Virus record (IMG/VR): IMGVR_UViG_3300046002_005654
Coordinates: 1 to 64,000 of that record
Reading direction: 5' to 3' (one strand)
Length of the DNA stretch: 64,000 nucleotides
Source: a virus
Part shown: positions 1 through 10,600 of the stretch, one piece after another
Numbering within the stretch: position 1 is the stretch's first letter
Layout of the letters: each line of letters begins with the position of its first letter
Notes under the pieces: generated by a model
Told to the model about the DNA's origin: nothing
The model's input: only the letters and a program-made list of their open reading frames with translations
Database searches by the model: none
Made by a program: the position numbers and the translations under genes

Positions 1-321
1 AAGGTGGTAATTTATGTTTTTAAGTTTCCAGAAGATTATTTAAAAGAATATTATTATTTACAAGATGGTAAATATTCTAAATTTGGAGATGATGCAAAAA
101 AATTAATATTAAAATTCTGGACAGTAATGTACGGAAAAGTTTATGGAGGTATCAATGTTATCTTAACTATTAAACAAAAATTATACAAAGATAAAATACT
201 TAAAGAAAAATTAGAAAAGAGAACAGGAGTTAAGATAGATGATGATGCTGAGTTGGGAGAACACGTGTATAAACACGATGAAACACTTAGAATTGCTGAT
301 GTAATGGCAATGAAATTATAA
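1..321 (+). CDS. Hypothetical phage protein, 5'-truncated by the window edge
   Basis: Reading frame is open from base 1 to a TAA at 321 and abuts the nrdJ start; no recognisable motif. Confidence 0.6.
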   Translation, partial: KVVIYVFKFPEDYLKEYYYLQDGKYSKFGDDAKKLILKFWTVMYGKVYGGINVILTIKQKLYKDKILKEKLEKRTGVKIDDDAELGEHVYKHDETLRIADVMAMKL

Positions 322-330
322 AAATAACGA

Positions 331-2196
331 ATGAGTTTAAGTATTGACAAACAGATATTAAGTGATATTACAATATACACAAAATATTCTAAATATATCC
401 CTTCTAAAGAAAGAAGGGAAACCTGGGAAGAATTAGTTGAAAGAAATATGCAAATGCATATTAATCACAAACCTGAGTTAAAAAATAGTATTGAAAAAGT
501 TTATACAGATTTTGTATTAACTAAAAAAGTTTTACCATCAATGCGTAGTTTGCAATTTGGAGGTAAGGCTATAGAAATGAATAATAGTAGAATATATAAT
601 TGCGCATTTTTACCAATAGATAGTATTCATGCTTTTAGTGAAACTATGTTTTTATTATTAGGAGGTACAGGGATAGGATTTAGCGTTCAAAACCATCACA
701 TTGAAAAACTTCCAGAAATTAAAAAACCTAATTATAATAAAACAACTAGGTATTTAGTTCAAGATAGTATTATAGGATGGGCTGATTCAATTAAAATGCT
801 TTTTAAATCATATACAAGTAAATCTAGTAATCATATAAATTTTGATTTATCTGATATTAGAAAAAAAGGAGCTATGTTAGTTACTGCAGGGGGTAAAGCT
901 CCTGGTCCAGAACCATTAAGAATTGCATTAGTAAAAATTGAAGCAATATTAAGAGAAAAAGAAGATGGTTCTAAATTAACAGATCTTGAATGCCATAGAA
1001 TAGAATGTTTTATAGCTGACGCAGTGCTTTCTGGAGGAATTAGAAGAGCTGCTTTAATTAGCCTATTTGATTTAAATAGTAATGAAATGCTTAATTGCAA
1101 ATCTGGTCAATGGTGGGATACAATGCCAGAACTTGGAAGAGCAAATAATTCAGCTGTATTATTAAGACATAAACTTGATAAAAAAACATTTGATAAAGTT
1201 TGGGAAAGAATTGAAGCTTCTGGAAGCGGAGAACCTGGCATTTATTTAACAAATGATAAAGATTGGGGAACTAACCCTTGTTGTGAAATAGCACTTAGAC
1301 CTAATCAATTTTGTAATTTATGCGAAATTAATATGTCTAATATTGAATCACAAGAAGATTTTAATGACAGATCTAGAGCCGCATCGTTTATAGGCACATT
1401 ACAAGCCTCTTATACTGACTTTCACTATCTTCGTGAAGTATGGAGAAAGAATACTGAAAAAGACGCTTTAATAGGCGTTTCTATGACCGGAATAGCTTCT
1501 AAATACAACATGGAATTGAACTATGAAGAAGCTGCGAAAATAGTAGTAGAAGAGAATTTAAAACTTTCAAACGCTTTAGGTATAAATCCAGCTGCAAGAA
1601 CGACAGCTGTTAAGCCAGCAGGAACAACTTCTTTAGTTTTAGGTACTTCATCTGGAATACATGCTTGGCACAATGATTATTATATAAGAAGAATGAGGCT
1701 AGGTAAAAACGAAGCTATATATTCTTATTTAGCTATTAATCACCCTGAACTTCTAGAAGATGAATATTTTAATCCAACTACTCAAGCCATAATTTCAGTT
1801 CCTCAAAAGTCTCCAAAAGGAGCTATAACTAGACACGAATCTACTATAGATGCGCTAGAGAGAGTTAAACTTATTTCTAAAGATTGGGTTAAAACAGGTC
1901 ATAGAAAAGGAGATAATACTCATAATGTATCTTGTACTGTATCAGTACGACCAGAAGAATGGAAAATAGTTGGGGAATGGATGTGGGTAAATAAAGAATA
2001 TTATAATGGATTATCTGTACTTCCTTATAATGGAGGAACTTATAAACAAACTCCATTTGAAGATTGTACTAAAGAAGAATATGAAAGATTAATAGAGACA
2101 TTGAAAGATGTTGATTTATCTAAAGTTATAGAGTTACAAGATAATACAAATTTAACAGACAATGTTGCCTGTGGCGGTGCTGGATGTGAGATTTAA
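331..2196 (+). CDS. nrdJ: Class II (adenosylcobalamin-dependent, monomeric-type) ribonucleotide reductase
   Basis: RRETWEE, PSMRSLQFGG, IYNCAF, catalytic TNPCCEI, FCNLCEIN, TTAVKPAGTTS and a C-terminal CGGAGC redox pair; no adjacent beta subunit. Confidence 0.9.
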   Translation: MSLSIDKQILSDITIYTKYSKYIPSKERRETWEELVERNMQMHINHKPELKNSIEKVYTDFVLTKKVLPSMRSLQFGGKAIEMNNSRIYNCAFLPIDSIHAFSETMFLLLGGTGIGFSVQNHHIEKLPEIKKPNYNKTTRYLVQDSIIGWADSIKMLFKSYTSKSSNHINFDLSDIRKKGAMLVTAGGKAPGPEPLRIALVKIEAILREKEDGSKLTDLECHRIECFIADAVLSGGIRRAALISLFDLNSNEMLNCKSGQWWDTMPELGRANNSAVLLRHKLDKKTFDKVWERIEASGSGEPGIYLTNDKDWGTNPCCEIALRPNQFCNLCEINMSNIESQEDFNDRSRAASFIGTLQASYTDFHYLREVWRKNTEKDALIGVSMTGIASKYNMELNYEEAAKIVVEENLKLSNALGINPAARTTAVKPAGTTSLVLGTSSGIHAWHNDYYIRRMRLGKNEAIYSYLAINHPELLEDEYFNPTTQAIISVPQKSPKGAITRHESTIDALERVKLISKDWVKTGHRKGDNTHNVSCTVSVRPEEWKIVGEWMWVNKEYYNGLSVLPYNGGTYKQTPFEDCTKEEYERLIETLKDVDLSKVIELQDNTNLTDNVACGGAGCEI

Positions 2197-2203
2197 ATAA
2201 TAA

Positions 2204-2272
2204 ACAAGTATAGTATGAATGGTAATATGCCAAGTCTAACAGAAAAGCCAGGTTTAATTCCTGGCTACTTGT
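2204..2272 (+). ncRNA. Degenerate tRNA-like structure, possibly acting as terminator or processing site
   Basis: ACAAGTA/TACTTGT acceptor-like stem, then TA, then GTAT-GAATGGTAAT-ATGC D-arm-like hairpin and GCCAGG-TTTAATT-CCTGGC T-arm-like hairpin. No paired anticodon stem; followed by a T run. Confidence 0.4.
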
Positions 2273-2315
2273 TTTTTTAAAAAATAAACAGATAAATAAT
2301 AAAATATGAAAAAAA

Positions 2316-2966
2316 ATGGATAGTTATTATATTAATAATCAAATAAGTTTAAATAATACTTGTTTTTCAAGGTTTAATTATGATATAGCACATTCAGGTG
2401 CTAAACAAAAAGTATCTATAATTATAGAAAAAAATAAAATAAACGTTCTTGGAATTGAGAATGTAGATATATTTTTAGAAGAAATAAAAAAAATTGGAGT
2501 TATTGATTTTACTAAAAGAATGGTTCAAGATGATTTATATTTAGATTTAAAATGTAACGAACGTAAATTATCTTATTTAAAATATACTGGAATGATAGTA
2601 AGATGCGTATATGAAGACTCTAAAGATAATTTTTATATAATAGCAAAACACTTTATAGATTTATGCAAATATTTTCCAAAAATAGATAGAGGTTTATTAT
2701 TCACTTTTTCTTGTAATTTATACTGCGTAGATATAAAAACCCATCCAAATGCAAATTTATATGGATTTAATTCAAACCATATATTAATGTTAAAAAATGG
2801 ATGTAAAATTATAACGACTAAAGAAATAAAAAAAATATTAAATAAAGACCAAGAAATAAATTCTACATTTACTGAAACAGTAGATTTTAGTAAATTTATT
2901 GTAGAAAATGAAAAATATAATAAAGAATCTTATTTAAAATTAATTAAGCAAAATGGAATTAAATGA
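2316..2966 (+). CDS. Hypothetical protein
   Basis: 216-aa ORF in the operon, overlapping the next start codon. Confidence 0.75.
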   Translation: MDSYYINNQISLNNTCFSRFNYDIAHSGAKQKVSIIIEKNKINVLGIENVDIFLEEIKKIGVIDFTKRMVQDDLYLDLKCNERKLSYLKYTGMIVRCVYEDSKDNFYIIAKHFIDLCKYFPKIDRGLLFTFSCNLYCVDIKTHPNANLYGFNSNHILMLKNGCKIITTKEIKKILNKDQEINSTFTETVDFSKFIVENEKYNKESYLKLIKQNGIK

Positions 2967-4221
2967 ACAAAAAAGTAAAATTCAGAATGAAGCTTTAAAC
3001 GCTTGGTTAATAGCTAATAAAAGAGGTACTACTGAAATTATTACAGGATTAGGAAAAACATTTCTTTCTCTTAAAGCATTGTATACAATGCCATTAGATA
3101 AAAGTGTAAAACACTTATTCTTAGCTGAACAAAAAGACAGATTGGTTGACTTTATTAAAGATGTTAAGAAATTTAATACTATTTATAGTTGTAATGTTTT
3201 ACAAGATTATGATATTGAATTTCAATGCTATCAAACTGTAAGAAATTGGACTAATAAAAAATTTGGATTAGTGATTGCTGATGAAATAACTGATTCAATG
3301 TCGCCAATGAATTATAAGTTTTATGTAAATAATCAAGCAGAAGCAATACTTGGATTAACGGCAATGTTTAATGGATCAATATTTTATGCAGTAAATGAAG
3401 ACAGCGCTTTAAGTGATATTTTTGCTTCAGGAATTGTATCTAAAGAACAAATGTTAAATAAGTTTGCGCCTATTTGTTATAAATATAATATTAATCAAGG
3501 ACAAAACGAAGGTACATCTAGAAAATTAAATATTTTTATTGTAGAAAGCTATCTAAACAAAGTAGATAAAAATATAACTGCAGGAAATGCAAAGCACAAA
3601 TTCTATCAAACAGAAGCTTCGGCTTATAAATATGCTGACTCATTATTTAATGAAGTTAGAGATTCTGAGTATGTAGATGAAAGTGTTGATTATTACGATT
3701 GGAATGAAAAAAGAGAGATAGAGTTGGTAAGAACTGCGTCTAGAAGAGCTAGATTAATATATGAACTACCATTAAAAGTAGCTATAGTTAGAAGGCTTCT
3801 AAAAGACATTAAAGAAAAAACAGTTATATTTGGAAATTCTATTAAACAATTAGAGCTAGTAACTCCAAATGTAGTTTCTTCTAAAAATAGCGATGAAAGA
3901 AATAATAGTCTTAGGAGTATGTTTGATAAAGATATGATTAAAACTATAGGCTCTTTTAAAAAGCTTGTTCAAGGAGCTAATTTAGATAAAGCAGGCGCAT
4001 GTATTATAATGTCTTATTATAGTTCTGAAACTGGATTTATACAAAAAATAGGAAGACTTAGGCAAGATGGAGATAAAGATGGAAACATTTTTATACTTCA
4101 TACCTTAGAAACTCAAGAGACTGTATGGTTAAAAAAAATGATGGAAAATGCAGTAGATTACAATATTTTTAAAGGAAATGTTGAAGAATGTATTACTGAA
4201 TATAACAAATTAAATAATTAA
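2953..4221 (+). CDS. Superfamily 2 (DExx) helicase
   Basis: Q-motif IQNEAL, Walker A TGLGKT, Walker B IADEIT, motif III GLTA, motif V QGANLD, motif VI QKIGRLR. Confidence 0.85.
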   Translation: MELNEQKSKIQNEALNAWLIANKRGTTEIITGLGKTFLSLKALYTMPLDKSVKHLFLAEQKDRLVDFIKDVKKFNTIYSCNVLQDYDIEFQCYQTVRNWTNKKFGLVIADEITDSMSPMNYKFYVNNQAEAILGLTAMFNGSIFYAVNEDSALSDIFASGIVSKEQMLNKFAPICYKYNINQGQNEGTSRKLNIFIVESYLNKVDKNITAGNAKHKFYQTEASAYKYADSLFNEVRDSEYVDESVDYYDWNEKREIELVRTASRRARLIYELPLKVAIVRRLLKDIKEKTVIFGNSIKQLELVTPNVVSSKNSDERNNSLRSMFDKDMIKTIGSFKKLVQGANLDKAGACIIMSYYSSETGFIQKIGRLRQDGDKDGNIFILHTLETQETVWLKKMMENAVDYNIFKGNVEECITEYNKLNN

Positions 4222-4232
4222 AAAAGAAAAAA

Positions 4233-4895
4233 ATGATATTAGAATGTAAAAACAAAGGTAATAATAAATCTATTACAACTGGAAAAGAATACGAAGTTAT
4301 TAATGAAACTGAAACTAGATACGCTATCTTAAATGATAAGGGAATTCAAGCGAATTATGCTAAAAATTTATTTCAAAATGCAGTAAAAGAAGTTGTTATT
4401 CCTGTTATTGATGGTTTAGACATAGAAACTTCTGTTACTTTAGATAATAATATGCTTAACTTTAAAATTAATGTAAAAATTGAAGGTCAAGATGATTTCG
4501 TATTAAATAGTGGTAGAATTATGAACTTTAATGAATCTCATATAAGTTGCGGAATATACACATTATCTGAATTAAATGCATTAATGACTTTTATGACTAG
4601 ATTTCAACATCAATTTACTAGTTATTTATCATCTAAAATTAATATATTTACAGTTAATGAAGACATTGATTTTGATGAAATATATCAAGAAATCGCTGAT
4701 TCATTAATTCAAGATTTAATTGAATATGCTACTGGAAAATTCTTGTTTTTATTATTATCAACAAATATTAATAACAATCAAGCACATAACCAGCTAATAC
4801 AAAACTCATTAGACAAAGCGTCTGAAGCTGAATTAAGTGGAACTAACCCAAATAGTAATAATAATATTGAATTATGGGTCTTAAAATGTAATTAA
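4233..4895 (+). CDS. Hypothetical protein with a small N-terminal beta (SH3-like) domain
   Basis: N-terminus CKNK..SITTGKEYEVI..YAILNDKG; C-terminal HISCG and NPNSNNNIELW motifs. Confidence 0.7.
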   Translation: MILECKNKGNNKSITTGKEYEVINETETRYAILNDKGIQANYAKNLFQNAVKEVVIPVIDGLDIETSVTLDNNMLNFKINVKIEGQDDFVLNSGRIMNFNESHISCGIYTLSELNALMTFMTRFQHQFTSYLSSKINIFTVNEDIDFDEIYQEIADSLIQDLIEYATGKFLFLLLSTNINNNQAHNQLIQNSLDKASEAELSGTNPNSNNNIELWVLKCN

Positions 4896-5237
4896 ATGAC
4901 AGAAAAGAATTTTGACTGGGTAGTAGAAAAAACCCTTGAAAGTATTAGAAATATACTCGTAATAAAAGGTAAAGAATATCGTAGATTTAGCAATCCTTTT
5001 CATAATTTTGAAGAGGCTGCTAAAGTTTTAAATACAACTAGAGAAGATGCTTTATGGGGTTTTGCAATGAAACATTATGTATCTATACAAGACATTAAAA
5101 CTGATTTAAGAATAGATGGAAAATTACCTCCTAAAGCTCAAGTTGAAGAAAAATATAATGACTTACTTATATATTTAATATTAGAAAAAGTAAGTTTAAT
5201 AGATAAAATTAATGAAAAAAAAGATTTGGCACATTAG
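4896..5237 (+). CDS. Putative MazG-like / nucleotide-modification-associated all-helical protein
   Basis: KGKEY..NPFHNF..KH..D..IYL pattern resembles phage MazG-superfamily pyrophosphatase-like proteins. Confidence 0.5.
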   Translation: MTEKNFDWVVEKTLESIRNILVIKGKEYRRFSNPFHNFEEAAKVLNTTREDALWGFAMKHYVSIQDIKTDLRIDGKLPPKAQVEEKYNDLLIYLILEKVSLIDKINEKKDLAH

Positions 5238-5898
5238 TGACACGCATTCATATCACAACCTATTAACAATACCTGAAGAAATAGATATCGTCATCCATAG
5301 TGGTGACGAATCTAATTCTAAAGACCAATATAGAAATGAACCAGAATTTAGAGATTTTATAAACTGGTTTGCTTGTTTACCAATTAAACATAAAGTATTT
5401 GTAGCTGGAAATCATAGCTCTTTTGTATATCATAATAAAAAAGAAGTTAACAAGATTTGTAAAGATTTAAATATTATATACTTAGAAGATGATTGGACTT
5501 TAATTGATGGAATATCAATATGGGGAAGCCCAGTTACTCCAAGTTTTGGAAACTGGTGGTTTATGAAAGATAGAAGTAAAATGGATAAACTATATTCATC
5601 TATTCCTGATTGGATAGATGTAGTAGTGTCTCACGGACCTCCTAAAGGAATATTAGATTTATCTTATGACTTAAATAACAAACTTGAATTTTGTGGCTGT
5701 AAAAGTCTTAGAAATCATATGTTAAATAGAGTTAAACCGCAACTATGTTTATTTGGACATATTCATAATACAGATGATATTATAAATGCAGGAACGGTAA
5801 AATTATCTGATTACGATACTATTTTTAGTAATGGATCAGTTGTAACAGATAGAAAATTTGGAAAATTAAGTAGTAATGGTAATATATTTGAAATATGA
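5212..5898 (+). CDS. Calcineurin-like metallophosphoesterase
   Basis: All five motifs present: ISDTH, HSGD, AGNH, SHGPP, FGHIH. Confidence 0.92.
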   Translation: MKKKIWHISDTHSYHNLLTIPEEIDIVIHSGDESNSKDQYRNEPEFRDFINWFACLPIKHKVFVAGNHSSFVYHNKKEVNKICKDLNIIYLEDDWTLIDGISIWGSPVTPSFGNWWFMKDRSKMDKLYSSIPDWIDVVVSHGPPKGILDLSYDLNNKLEFCGCKSLRNHMLNRVKPQLCLFGHIHNTDDIINAGTVKLSDYDTIFSNGSVVTDRKFGKLSSNGNIFEI

Positions 5899-6119
5899 TA
5901 ACAGCTAAAGAATTTATAAAAAATAACTCTCCATGTAGTATGGAGGGTTTTATGATTGAATTTGCAAAATTACACGTAGAAAAAGCTTTAAAAGAAGCTA
6001 GCGAAAATTTTACAATGAAGCAAAAAGATAATATGATTGAGCTCGATATGTGTGATGAATGGATGGAAGTTGATAAGAATTCAATTTTAAATGCTTATTC
6101 ATTAGAAAATATTAAATAA
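5895..6119 (+). CDS. Hypothetical protein
   Basis: 74 aa with ATGA overlap; MIEFAKLHVEKALKEASE..SILNAYSLENIK looks like a small phage protein. Confidence 0.7.
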   Translation: MITAKEFIKNNSPCSMEGFMIEFAKLHVEKALKEASENFTMKQKDNMIELDMCDEWMEVDKNSILNAYSLENIK

Positions 6120-6121
6120 TT

Positions 6122-6244
6122 ATGTTTACTAAAATATTAACAAAAACAGAATTTTACTTATATTTTAAAGGCAAACTTATTTATAAGAAATGGTTGAGAA
6201 ATAATACAAGTAAAATATTTCAAGATTATAAAATATGGAAGTAA
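6122..6244 (+). CDS. Small hypothetical protein (40 aa, not in the ORF track)
   Basis: MFTKILTKTEFYLYFKGKLIYKKWLRNNTSKIFQDYKIWK*; fills the gap and overlaps the next start. Confidence 0.55.
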   Translation: MFTKILTKTEFYLYFKGKLIYKKWLRNNTSKIFQDYKIWK

Positions 6245-6432
6245 TTTACAAATTCAATAACGGAAACGGAGCTACATTATGTAATGAATGCAGAACAATA
6301 ATGGCTACTGGAAAAAAAGTAGAAAAATTATATTGTGATAAATGTCAAGAAAAAGTAAATAATATAGTTGTTAATTTTTATAAACAAATGGATAACGAAG
6401 TTTTGTTTAATAGAGGAAATTTAAATAAATGA
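6235..6432 (+). CDS. Small zinc-ribbon protein
   Basis: CNEC...CDKC pairs; YKFNNGNGATLC N-terminus. Confidence 0.7.
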   Translation: MEVIYKFNNGNGATLCNECRTIMATGKKVEKLYCDKCQEKVNNIVVNFYKQMDNEVLFNRGNLNK

Positions 6433-7142
6433 AAAAAATAACAGAATTACAAAAAAGAAACGAGCTTGGAGAAGGCAGAGATTTTGGAATAGGATTTTCT
6501 ATATTAAATAAAATTGGAAAAGTATTTGAAACTTATTTGCCTTTTACGGCTTGTAGAGATTACTTAAATGATTTTATATTTGTAGAAGATTGCGGAAAAG
6601 AAATCGGAGAAGCTTACGGATATACACATAAATTACTTAATTGTTTTAAAAAAAAACGTTTCTTTTTCTTAGGCGTAAATACTCTTCATAAAAATAAAGA
6701 TAATGGATTGTGGGATAAAAAAGAAGAAGCTGAATTAATATTAATTAATAATTATAAAAATTTAGAATCTTTTATAAATAAAATTGAATTAGATTTAGGC
6801 CTCAAATCTAAAACTACAATTGAATTAGATGAAGATACTTTAATTTTTAGAATTCCAATTTATTGGAGTAAAAAAACTCCATTAATTAGCGTATATACGT
6901 TACTGATAAGATGTTTTTTTAATATAAAAAATGATTTTGTTGTTACAGAAGATAATTTAAAAAATCACAAAACTTTCATACAAGACGACACTTATTTTTC
7001 AGCAAGTTGTGCTAAATTTTATCAAAATATTGGAAAAGTAAAATACGACAAATTTGATTATAAAGATTATGATGTTGTGTATACTAAATGGAGTACTGTA
7101 CATAATTTTGGAATACAAGGATTTTTAAAAACTATAATATGA
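6429..7142 (+). CDS. Hypothetical protein
   Basis: 237 aa with ATGA coupling; motifs TACRDYLNDF and VHNFGI. Confidence 0.75.
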   Translation: MKKITELQKRNELGEGRDFGIGFSILNKIGKVFETYLPFTACRDYLNDFIFVEDCGKEIGEAYGYTHKLLNCFKKKRFFFLGVNTLHKNKDNGLWDKKEEAELILINNYKNLESFINKIELDLGLKSKTTIELDEDTLIFRIPIYWSKKTPLISVYTLLIRCFFNIKNDFVVTEDNLKNHKTFIQDDTYFSASCAKFYQNIGKVKYDKFDYKDYDVVYTKWSTVHNFGIQGFLKTII

Positions 7143-7402
7143 AAAAAGTGATTCAATATTACTTAGTACAAGGCGATCATATATTTGCAGTCCCAGAACC
7201 TCATCATTCAGAGTTAATAGAAAATGATGATCCTGTAAAGCTAAGAAAATACATAGAATCTCAAAAAGATTCATATGGATGTTTTTATAAAAAGAAAAAA
7301 TTTACTGGTTTTGGATTAGACTTTGATTACACAAGTAATCAAGGAGCTGTAAAAGTAAAAGATTATGTAGAAGATAAAAAAAAAGTGTTTAAAAAAATAT
7401 AA
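7139..7402 (+). CDS. Hypothetical protein
   Basis: 87 aa with ATGA coupling. Confidence 0.65.
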   Translation: MKKVIQYYLVQGDHIFAVPEPHHSELIENDDPVKLRKYIESQKDSYGCFYKKKKFTGFGLDFDYTSNQGAVKVKDYVEDKKKVFKKI

Positions 7403-7403
7403 T

Positions 7404-7553
7404 ATGAAAAAAGTAATTTGGACTTTTGAAAACGAAGAAGATTGTGAAGAATTTTCAAAAGAAATGAAAAAAATGCCAATCGAAGCTGGATTTATAGAAA
7501 GTGAAAATGATGATGAAATGGTTATAAAGATAACGCATTTATTTAAAAAATAA
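7404..7553 (+). CDS. Small acidic hypothetical protein (49 aa, not in the ORF track)
   Basis: MKKVIWTFENEEDCEEFSKEMKKMPIEAGFIESENDDEMVIKITHLFKK*; ends just before the terminator. Confidence 0.55.
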   Translation: MKKVIWTFENEEDCEEFSKEMKKMPIEAGFIESENDDEMVIKITHLFKK

Positions 7554-7561
7554 TAAAACGC

Positions 7562-7600
7562 AAAATGCCTCTATACTTAATTGTATAGAGGCATTTTTTT
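7562..7600. terminator. Bidirectional intrinsic terminator between the convergent genome arms
   Basis: AAAATGCCTCTATAC-TTAATT-GTATAGAGGCATTTT perfect stem flanked by A and T tracts. Confidence 0.9.
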
Positions 7601-7607
7601 TGACTTT

Positions 7608-10600
7608 TTATTTATCTATAAGATTGTAGAGTTTTTGATATTCTTTATCCATTTGTGCTGTTAATGGAAATGTTTTTTTAAGATGTTTAACGATTATATT
7701 TTTATGTTTTGCATCTTCACTTAAATAATCAAAAAATACTTCATTATTTTTTGGAGCAAAGTTTAATGGAGAGATAATATCGCTAACAGATGTTAATGCA
7801 TTTTGTATAAATCTATTTGCAGCTACTGGATTTTGGATCATTCTATTAAGCTCTCTAGGATCTCTAAATTGTGAAAGTTCCGATTCTAATCTCCTAAATA
7901 CATATAATGCAAAGAATAATTTATCATCATCATCTCCAGTTTTAGCTAATGCTAATATATAGCCAACTAATGGTAATATAACCATGGTTAAACCAATTTC
8001 TAATGTTGTTTTATTTAAATTAGATTTTTCATAGTCAGACAAGGAATTATAATTGTCTTTCATGTACGATATACTAAGATTTTTTAAAGCAGGAATGACT
8101 CCATTTACAAAAAATCTAGTAAATGAAGTATAAATACCTTCAGTAAATTCTTGTTGAGCATTATTAAAAGAAATATCATCGTCAGTCAATTCGTCTTTAG
8201 ATTTTAAAGAAGAACTTACGCCTTTATATCTATATTCAAGACCAGATAAAAAGAAGTTTTTAAACATCATTATTGTTTTTCCCCACCAAGTTTTAGCTAT
8301 TGAAGCTTTCATTAAAGGGTCGTAAACACCAAAAATATCGTGTCCCTTTTTCTTGATTAAATAATTTATATGAGTTTTTCCTCCTTTATGATATTCAGTG
8401 TCTAAATTCTTTTTAGTATAAACAACTTTATCACTCATTACTAATTTACCATCTGTATTTAAAGAAAGCATGTCAAATAATGAAGCTGATTTTTTTTCAT
8501 CAACAACATTACCATCTTTATCAATAAATTGTCTAGATTTATTCATTACTTTTATATCTCTAAGAATAGCTTCTGTAAGTATTGAGTTCATCATATGCTC
8601 ACCCATTTCATTTAAACCATTCATTGAATGAGTTGAAATTATTTTCTTAGCATAACTATTTCTAATAAATTCTTGGGTAGCTGTATCGAATCCTCCAAAA
8701 ATATCAAACATATCCAGCATTTGATTATGAAATGATTTTTTAACAGGTTGGTTTAAGTCTTCTAAAATACTCATTAAGTTTTTACCATAATTGTATTCAG
8801 CTTTTCTTAAATTTTCTCTATTAAAATATTCTCCACCAACAGCTTCCATAAACATTTGAGTAACTCCGTTAGCAACATTCACAACTCCTGAACCTAAATT
8901 CGCAGTCATTGCTATACTTGCGGCAAAACCATTAACCATTGAAGCGGCTTTAGCAGCTTCAATATTAGTTCCAAATATTTTTTCACCGCTATATGATAAT
9001 ATATCATATAAATGAGTTTCTAGTAAATCTTCTATTTTTTTAAGTTCATTACTATGTTCTCCACTAAATGTTTCTCCAAGCGAATTTTCAGCATATTTAT
9101 TTTGAAGCCATTTTCCAGTAGATTTAGATCTTTGTTTATAATCTTTATCTTTAGCTATATCTACAAATAATTTAAGCTGATTTTCTTTAGATTTCTTTTC
9201 TCTGTAATTTATTGCATTTAAAGCTTCTTTTCTATAAACAGTAAATAAATCTAATGATTGCTCTTTTGCTTCAACTCTAGATCTGTACCCTATTTTTATT
9301 ACATTTTTTTCTTTATTGTTTTCACCTATAGCTTTACCATAATTAATATCATCAGCTTTAGTGTTAGTTAAATCTGTCCATTTGTCTTTGAATTGACCTT
9401 TAACATCTCCTTCAAGTGTTCTTTCTAAGTCGCTTTTTGTTACAGAAGGTAATTTATAATAAACTGCTCCATAAGTCTTTCTTATTAAACTCATCTTACC
9501 GTCATAAGATTCTTTATTATTTTTTTCAGTTTCTGATTTAAAATAATTTAACAGTTCTAATTCTTCTTTAGATAATTCTTTGTTTCTATATTTAATTTTT
9601 GGTTGTGTGGAATTATTTATAATTATAGTATGTTCTTTAAACCAAGCAGCCCTCTTTTTTCTTAAAACTTGATATTCATCATCTTCTCTAAGTTGTTTTC
9701 TAAGTTCTTTTTGGTTTCCAAAAAAACCTTCATGACTAGCAATAGCTTCTTTAATTTCATTTAATATAGGATATAATTCATTTTCTACAGAATCTAAAAA
9801 ATCAGTAGTATATTCACTTTTTAAATAATAAGTTCCATTTTTACTTAATTGAACTATATTACCAAACATTTTAGATTGACTATTTTGACCGTATTTTTTA
9901 GAATATTTATCAAAAATTTTAGACATTTCAAATTGTTTATCATGATATGCTGTTATTATAGAATCTCTAATCTTACCTACTATATTAGACATTAGATTAA
10001 TTAAAGGAGAATTTATATTTAATAAGTCAGAAGCTTTAGATACCATTGAAGATATATCAAAATAAGGATCATATATAACTTTACTTGCGTCTTCTAATAA
10101 TGCATTGTTATAAGCTTCTTTGTATTTTGTAGAAATCATTCTTCCAAAATATGCTTCTTTAGTTTCTGATTTAATTCCTAATTTTGCATATTCTGCATAT
10201 ATTTTATTTTTCCAAATATTAACTATTTTAGTGTTATTTTCTGGTTTTGCAAATAAATTTATCGCATATGCTTTTTTAACATTTAAAAATCCAGCAACAA
10301 GAGTTTTATGATTTTTTTCTAAACCATTTAAAACGTTTTTTATTTCTTCTATTTGAATTTTTCCTTTTCTATCTAAAGTAGAATCATTTTGACTTCTTTT
10401 TATTAAGGAATTTATTTCATCTAAAAGGTCGTATGCTGAAAGATATTCATCATATGCATTCACAGTTTCTAGCATTTCTTGAGTTCCTATATCTTTATTA
10501 GATTTATTATCTAATATATCATATAGATCATCATTAATATCTAAAAGGTTTTTTTCTACTAATTGCTTAACACTATCGAAATCTTTATATTTTTCATAAA

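Noticed and set aside
141-1100. Minus-strand ORFs 141-380 and 831-1100
   Set aside because: Antisense shadows of well-supported plus-strand genes.
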